From positions 62,001-126,000 of IMG/VR virus record IMGVR_UViG_3300042691_055965: a stretch of 64,000 nucleotides of DNA. One strand, 5' to 3'. The translations under genes were made by a program, and so were the position numbers. Below, one piece after another: positions 58,955 through 64,000 of this stretch (position 1 is its first letter; every line of letters starts with the position of its first letter). The notes beneath the pieces were generated by a model. That model was not told where the DNA came from and made no database searches. It saw nothing but the letters and a program-made list of their open reading frames with translations.

Positions 58955-60073
58955 TTAAATAACATTATAAGGACTTGTAAACGCTCTGAACTTTAAAGCC
59001 TTGTTCATATTTTCCGCTTGTAACCCTTTAATTTCCCATTGTTTTTCAGGTCTTAATCTTTCAAGTCTTAATTTTAGTTCTTCCCACAATATTGTTTTTT
59101 CATCTTTTGCTTCCGTTTGAAGTGAAGTGTATTCTAAGGTAAGTTCTGAATCCGGAGTCTTTAAGTTACCGCTATACTTACCTCTTACTCTTGCCAATGT
59201 TTCTTTACAATATGCGGTAAACCATCGTCTTACCCATGTCTTAGCAGGTGAATTTAATTCGTCCCAAGATATTTCATCTATTGGAACATCTGATGGTAAT
59301 CTTACGATGTCGGGATTTTTCTTCAAACAATCCTCCCTATCGAAAGTATCGTAATACCAATACCATACACGATATTGATTTCTTTGAATGTTTCCAAAAT
59401 CAAACTTTCCTCCAGGTACATTCATTAAGTGTATTGCTTTTTTTCCTTCAGGAAGTGCTGTTACCCTATATGTTAAATCACCTGTTATGATTCTTCTTTT
59501 CATTTGAATGTCTGCCATTCTTAAAAGAATGTCAAATGCTGGTGTGATAAAATAATTACCAGTAGTTCCCATTTGTGAAAAACCGGCACCACCACCAAGT
59601 CCAATACCACCAAAACCACCAAAACCACCCATAAACGGATCAAAATATGCTGCGTCAAGTTCAGGTCTTGCGAACCATAATAGTTCATTAAGTTCCCTTC
59701 CTGCAGGTATTTCATATATTTGTTGACCTGGTATTAAATCAATATAATCTTTTTCTAATACAGAATCACCACCAGCTTGAAGTCCAACTATCTTTGAATA
59801 TGCGTAAGTGTATTGGGTTTCCCAATCCATACTTCTTGTAGTAAAAGCCCTTGTTACAGATTGTTCATCCAAATTTAAACCATATAATGATGACCATTGA
59901 CTTTCAATAAGCCAATCATTAACGTGTTGTGCATAATCTTGTATGGAAAGTTCAAGAAGTGAATCCATCATTTCGTCTTCAAGTTCTACTGAACGTAATG
60001 GTGCACCCAAAAGATTTTTAATTCTTTTGTAAAGTTTACTTCTTTCTGGTTCTGTAATTATGGTAGTTGTCAT
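58955..60073 (-). CDS. Neck/head-completion protein (T4 gp13-like)
   Basis: LGAP...VEL, WVRR..TA.CKE.L..VRGKY, L..EA..E...L.EEL; late motif at 60085-60092. Confidence 0.8.
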   Translation of the reverse strand: MTTTIITEPERSKLYKRIKNLLGAPLRSVELEDEMMDSLLELSIQDYAQHVNDWLIESQWSSLYGLNLDEQSVTRAFTTRSMDWETQYTYAYSKIVGLQAGGDSVLEKDYIDLIPGQQIYEIPAGRELNELLWFARPELDAAYFDPFMGGFGGFGGIGLGGGAGFSQMGTTGNYFITPAFDILLRMADIQMKRRIITGDLTYRVTALPEGKKAIHLMNVPGGKFDFGNIQRNQYRVWYWYYDTFDREDCLKKNPDIVRLPSDVPIDEISWDELNSPAKTWVRRWFTAYCKETLARVRGKYSGNLKTPDSELTLEYTSLQTEAKDEKTILWEELKLRLERLRPEKQWEIKGLQAENMNKALKFRAFTSPYNVI

Positions 60074-60111
60074 AGACTTTTTTGTATAAATATTTTGCTA
60101 AATCAAAATAT

Positions 60112-60825
60112 TCAATACTTGTTTCTTTTAATTTGGGTGGTATACAAATCATTGATAAATCCCCAATTTACAACTTTCCAAAAATTGGAAGTGTATTTAT
60201 CCCTTTGATTTTTGTATTTTAAATAATATGCGTGTTCCCAAACATCTAAGCCTAATATTGGATAACCTCTTTCTTTTTCCGTATTCATTAGTGGGTTGTC
60301 TTGATTTGCAGTTGTTACTATTTTTAATCTACCATTATCTTTCAAAATTAACCATACCCAACCTGAACCAAACCTATTTTTTGCTGATTCTTCAAATTCT
60401 TCTTTAAAATTGTCAAATGAACCAAAAGTTTTTTCAATTTTTTCTTTAATCGGTCCTTCAAATTTTTGTTTTTTTGGTGATAACATTTTCCAAAATAAAG
60501 CATGATTAAATGCTCCACCTCCATTGTTTTTTACTTTGTCATTAAATTTGGATATACTTTTAATGATTTGTTCTAAATCTAAATCTTTACCTTTAACTTT
60601 TTCAAGTTCAACATTCAACTTATCAACATAACCTTTATAGTGTTTACTATAATGTGTTTTCATTGTTTCTGCATCAATAAAACTTTCAAGTGAATCGTAT
60701 TCGTATGGAAGTTTGTCTATACTTATTTTTTTGATTTCAGAAATGATATCTTGTTTTTTTGGTGAAACAACGTCAAGTTTAGATTCAATGATATCTATTT
60801 TTTTATGTAAACTTTTTAATAGCAT
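60112..60825 (-). CDS. sodA: Mn/Fe superoxide dismutase (Mn-type signature) with an N-terminal extension
   Basis: LPYEY..LE, H..KH..GY, NNGGG..NH, FGSGWVWL, NQD, DVWEHAYY. Start revised to 60825. Confidence 0.92.
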   Translation of the reverse strand: MLLKSLHKKIDIIESKLDVVSPKKQDIISEIKKISIDKLPYEYDSLESFIDAETMKTHYSKHYKGYVDKLNVELEKVKGKDLDLEQIIKSISKFNDKVKNNGGGAFNHALFWKMLSPKKQKFEGPIKEKIEKTFGSFDNFKEEFEESAKNRFGSGWVWLILKDNGRLKIVTTANQDNPLMNTEKERGYPILGLDVWEHAYYLKYKNQRDKYTSNFWKVVNWGFINDLYTTQIKRNKY

Positions 60826-60836
60826 ATAAATAAATA

Positions 60837-62600
60837 TCACCTACTATACGAAATCATATTTAACATTTCTTCTATTGTTGACGCATCATCTAACATATCA
60901 TCACCCATTACGGTTGAAATGATTTTTTTCTTTCTATTAAGTATATCATATATTACACCTTCTATAGTGTTTTCAAATAGGGGATAATAAACCGAAGTTG
61001 ACTTTTTTTGTCCGATTCTATGTGATCTATCTTCAGCTTGTGCGTGTTCAGCAGGAACAAATGATAAATCATTCATGATTACTGCTTCAGCGGAAGTCAA
61101 TGTGATACCAACTCCCGCAGCTTTCAAGTTACCAACAAATACTTTTATTTTATCGTTTTCTTGAAAGTCGTCAACTGCCTTTTGTCTATGTGGTTTTGAA
61201 CATGAACCATCTAAATAAACAGCTTCTTTTCCGAAGTGTTCATATATAGTTCGTAACGTATCTGTAAAATTCGTAAATATAATTACTTTTTTTCCTTGTT
61301 CAATAATGTTTTCTGCAAGTTCTATGGTGTTTTTAATTTTTTCTTCAGCCAACACTTTTCTTACTTTCATTAATTTACCAAACTGAATTGTAAGTGACGA
61401 AGATTCTTCGGAGTTACCATCATACCAATTATAATATTCGCCCATCAATTCTTCATATTCTTTTGATTTTAATCTTAAATAAACGGGTGTAATAATTTTA
61501 TCGGGTAAATCTAAAACATCTTCTTTTAGTCTTCTTAAGATATGTGTTTGTGTTCGTTCCCTTAATTCATCAAGATTAGATGCTCCCGTTACGTTCCAAA
61601 CTTTTCTATTACCCACACTAAATTGATATCCGTTACAATACCTTTTAGCATATGCCATCCAATTTGCAGCAACAGGACTTTCAACAAGTTTTAATAAATT
61701 ATAATAGTTCATCGGTCTTGATGTCATTGGTGTTCCTGTTAAAAGCCAAACCCTATCTAGTTTGTCACACAAGTCATTGACTATTTTTGTTCTTTGAGCT
61801 TGTGGATTCGAAATCATGTGAGCTTCATCCATTATTACCAAATCAAACTTAGTATTTAAAATCACTGATTCATCTTTCTTTTTCGGATCGTGAAAGTTTT
61901 TTAAAATGTCGTAGTTAATAATCACAAAATCAGATTCAGTTGAAAATTTTTTTCCTTCTGAAATATATACACTTCTATCTGAATAATTTTCTATTTCTCT
62001 TTGCCAATTTATTTTAAGTGATGCGGGACAAATAATTAAAATTTTCTTTGCTCCTGATTCAAGAGCAGATATAATTGTTGATGTTGTTTTACCAAGTCCC
62101 ATGTCATCTGCCAAAATAAACTTTTTGTTACCTACCAATTTTTGAATGGCTTCTTTTTGGTGTTCCATTGGAAGTCTATGGTTATACTTTCCGTAATCGA
62201 CAACAACGTTTTTAACTTCATTGTCTTTTATTAATGCCGACTTTGGTAACCAAAAATCATGAATAGTTTCACCACTCCAAATTTTTCCCCAAATATGATA
62301 TGATTTGTCTTTTTCTACCAACAATTTTTCAACATATATTTCTGTTGGTTCTTTTGTATACATTTTATCTTCTTTAAGTTTTTTTCCAAAATAAGAATCT
62401 AACTTAACCCATTTTTTTGCAACTTTCGGGGTTGTATTTTGATAGTTGATAATATACTCAGCTTGACTTCTTGTGGGAGTAAAAGACTTACTATTTAGTT
62501 TTTTGTTCTTAAGATTCAATATAAAATTATTAGACCCATTATAGTCTTCTAATATTTCTAATGATTTTTTTTCTGGTGTAGATGATACTAATTCTTCCAT
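60837..62600 (-). CDS. SNF2-family (SMARCAL1/HARP-like) helicase
   Basis: LADDMGLGKT, DEAH, LTGTP, LRRLK, GVGITLT, QAEDR.HRIGQ. Start revised to MEELV (62600). Confidence 0.92.
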   Translation of the reverse strand: MEELVSSTPEKKSLEILEDYNGSNNFILNLKNKKLNSKSFTPTRSQAEYIINYQNTTPKVAKKWVKLDSYFGKKLKEDKMYTKEPTEIYVEKLLVEKDKSYHIWGKIWSGETIHDFWLPKSALIKDNEVKNVVVDYGKYNHRLPMEHQKEAIQKLVGNKKFILADDMGLGKTTSTIISALESGAKKILIICPASLKINWQREIENYSDRSVYISEGKKFSTESDFVIINYDILKNFHDPKKKDESVILNTKFDLVIMDEAHMISNPQAQRTKIVNDLCDKLDRVWLLTGTPMTSRPMNYYNLLKLVESPVAANWMAYAKRYCNGYQFSVGNRKVWNVTGASNLDELRERTQTHILRRLKEDVLDLPDKIITPVYLRLKSKEYEELMGEYYNWYDGNSEESSSLTIQFGKLMKVRKVLAEEKIKNTIELAENIIEQGKKVIIFTNFTDTLRTIYEHFGKEAVYLDGSCSKPHRQKAVDDFQENDKIKVFVGNLKAAGVGITLTSAEAVIMNDLSFVPAEHAQAEDRSHRIGQKKSTSVYYPLFENTIEGVIYDILNRKKKIISTVMGDDMLDDASTIEEMLNMISYSR

Positions 62601-62658
62601 TGCACTATAAATAAAAATAGTAAATTCTAATAAATAATCAATTAAAGTATTTATAGAT

Positions 62659-63174
62659 ATGGCACAAAATAAAGTTCCAATTACAAGATTAAATAAATTT
62701 TTTTCAGAAGAAGATTTCAATTTGGATATTGAAATGGGTTCTGAATGGTTGCATGGTGATATGAATTTTACACTTGTGTTGTATAGGGTTGATAGACAAA
62801 AAACAGATAAAGATGATGTTTATGGTGAAACAACGGAAGACGGTATACAATTTTTACCACCTGTCGAATTTAAAGGATTAGTAAAAATAGAAGCACCAAC
62901 TAATGTCGACTTGGGTACTTCTAAACTTGCTCAATCAGAACCAGGTAATTTGACAGTCAGTGTTTACCAAAGTTATTTAGATGACATGAACATAGAAATA
63001 TCATTTGGTGATTATATTGGTTATTACGAAACGGAAGATTTTGTAAGATTTTATTCTGTTGTAAATGACGGAAGGGTGTTTGGTGATAATAAGCACACAT
63101 ATGGTGGATACAAAAGATTTTATAGAACAATCACGGCATCACCTGTTAACACAAATGAATTCAAAGGATTATAA
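62659..63174 (+). CDS. Head-tail joining/neck protein (gp14-like)
   Basis: DDVYGE......F.PPVE, GD.I.Y; late motif at 62648-62655. Confidence 0.6.
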   Translation: MAQNKVPITRLNKFFSEEDFNLDIEMGSEWLHGDMNFTLVLYRVDRQKTDKDDVYGETTEDGIQFLPPVEFKGLVKIEAPTNVDLGTSKLAQSEPGNLTVSVYQSYLDDMNIEISFGDYIGYYETEDFVRFYSVVNDGRVFGDNKHTYGGYKRFYRTITASPVNTNEFKGL

Positions 63175-63176
63175 TA

Positions 63177-64000
63177 ATGGCTTTACCAAAAAAAATAAAA
63201 AAAACTTTACCTTTGATTCCTACCAAAACTGGTAAGGAACGTAGGGAAGAATTACTTCAAGACATAACAAAAGATGGGACTTATCTTCCAAAAGGGGTTT
63301 TACATGCCGACTTGGATAAAGGAATGTTAGATTTTGTTAAAGATAAACTTGAGCTTGTGGTTGACAAAAAAAAAGTCCCAACAATAGATAGAATCATTAC
63401 CAACCAAAGTTGGGCACAATTTACACAAACTTGGGATTTTCAAGATTTAGATAAAAACATAACGTTACCTTTTATCACAACATTAAGGGCTCCCGAAGTA
63501 AAGTACGGTACAAATAATGCGGGTAGAGCAAACATACCTGAAAGACGACAATTTTTTTATTATACAGTACCCACTTGGGACGGACAAAGAAAAGGTGCTG
63601 ATGTTTATAAAATACCACAACCAATCCCTGTGGACTTAACCTTTACGGTTAAATTATTTTGTAATAGAATGCGTGAAGTCAATGAGTTCAACAAAATTTT
63701 GATGAGGACTTTCACATCTAAACAAGCTTACACACAAATAAAAGGACATTATATTCCATTAACGTTAGAAGATGTTAGTGATGAATCTGCTAAAGAATTA
63801 GAAAAAAGGAAATATTATATTGCAAGTTATAAGATTTTGATGATGGGACTTTTAATTGATGAAGAAGAATTTGAAGTTACACCAGCAATTTCAAGGCAAC
63901 TAACGTTGTTTGAATTTACAACAAACAATAGAAAAAAACGTGCAGTAATTGAACCGTCAAATCCAACAAACTTCGATTTAGATTTTACATTCGTAACAGG
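63177..64000 (+). CDS. Tail terminator/completion protein (gp15-like), truncated by the window end
   Basis: Open frame from ATG 63177 (MALPKKIK...) with IPQPIPVDLTFTV...MREVNEFN; absent from the ORF track because it has no stop inside the window. Confidence 0.55.
   Translation, partial: MALPKKIKKTLPLIPTKTGKERREELLQDITKDGTYLPKGVLHADLDKGMLDFVKDKLELVVDKKKVPTIDRIITNQSWAQFTQTWDFQDLDKNITLPFITTLRAPEVKYGTNNAGRANIPERRQFFYYTVPTWDGQRKGADVYKIPQPIPVDLTFTVKLFCNRMREVNEFNKILMRTFTSKQAYTQIKGHYIPLTLEDVSDESAKELEKRKYYIASYKILMMGLLIDEEEFEVTPAISRQLTLFEFTTNNRKKRAVIEPSNPTNFDLDFTFVT

Noticed and set aside
182-59715. Numerous short antisense or alternative-frame ORFs in the ORF track (e.g. 182-484, 627-1052, 9306-9881, 38530-38937, 56606-56899)
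   Set aside because: They are shadows of long, well-supported genes and have no recognisable motifs.
62601-62720. N-terminal 40 aa of the 627-aa helicase ORF (similarly the extensions of the 60840, 58965, 23983 and 21 ORFs)
   Set aside because: These extensions overlap neighbouring genes or promoter motifs; downstream ATGs fit better.
1-64000. Stop-codon reassignment, as in some Bacteroidota phages
   Set aside because: Genes are full length and densely packed in code 11. TGA and TAG (e.g. 11622) act as real stops.
1-64000. tRNA, rRNA, integrase, transposase, intron or intein
   Set aside because: No cloverleaf or T-loop signature in the short intergenic gaps, and no mobile-element motifs. 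The polymerase and helicase appear uninterrupted.

Overview
This is a 64-kb segment of a large, AT-rich T4-like (jumbo) myophage using the standard genetic code. The host is probably a Bacteroidota bacterium, based on TAnnTTTG-type promoters, the absence of Shine-Dalgarno sequences and the T9SS cargo genes. In order, the window holds: the prohead scaffold and a gp23-like major capsid gene; five secreted-protein genes (S8 protease, SprB repeats, T9SS C-terminal sorting domains); small head-associated genes; Cys-rich virion proteins and baseplate genes; a gp55-like late sigma factor; an ~18-kb glycosyltransferase/nucleotide-sugar cluster with PhoH, dUTPase and an exonuclease; a WYL protein; tail fibre/spike genes with an embedded sulfotransferase and GT9-like transferase; a family B DNA polymerase; neck genes; Mn-type SOD; and an SNF2 helicase. 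The most notable signals are: (1) a [S/T]-[G/A]-x-[T/S] motif strongly enriched in virion proteins next to a large phage glycosylation/sulfation toolkit, suggesting a sequon-directed virion glycosylation system; (2) a phage-encoded T9SS cargo cassette with its own repeated regulatory element; (3) a TATTTATA late-promoter motif, the reverse complement of the T4 late promoter; (4) a shared IIK..L/V-x-E leader suggesting that SOD and a WYL protein are packaged in the head. All assignments come from reading motifs by eye; no database searches were run, and counts are manual.
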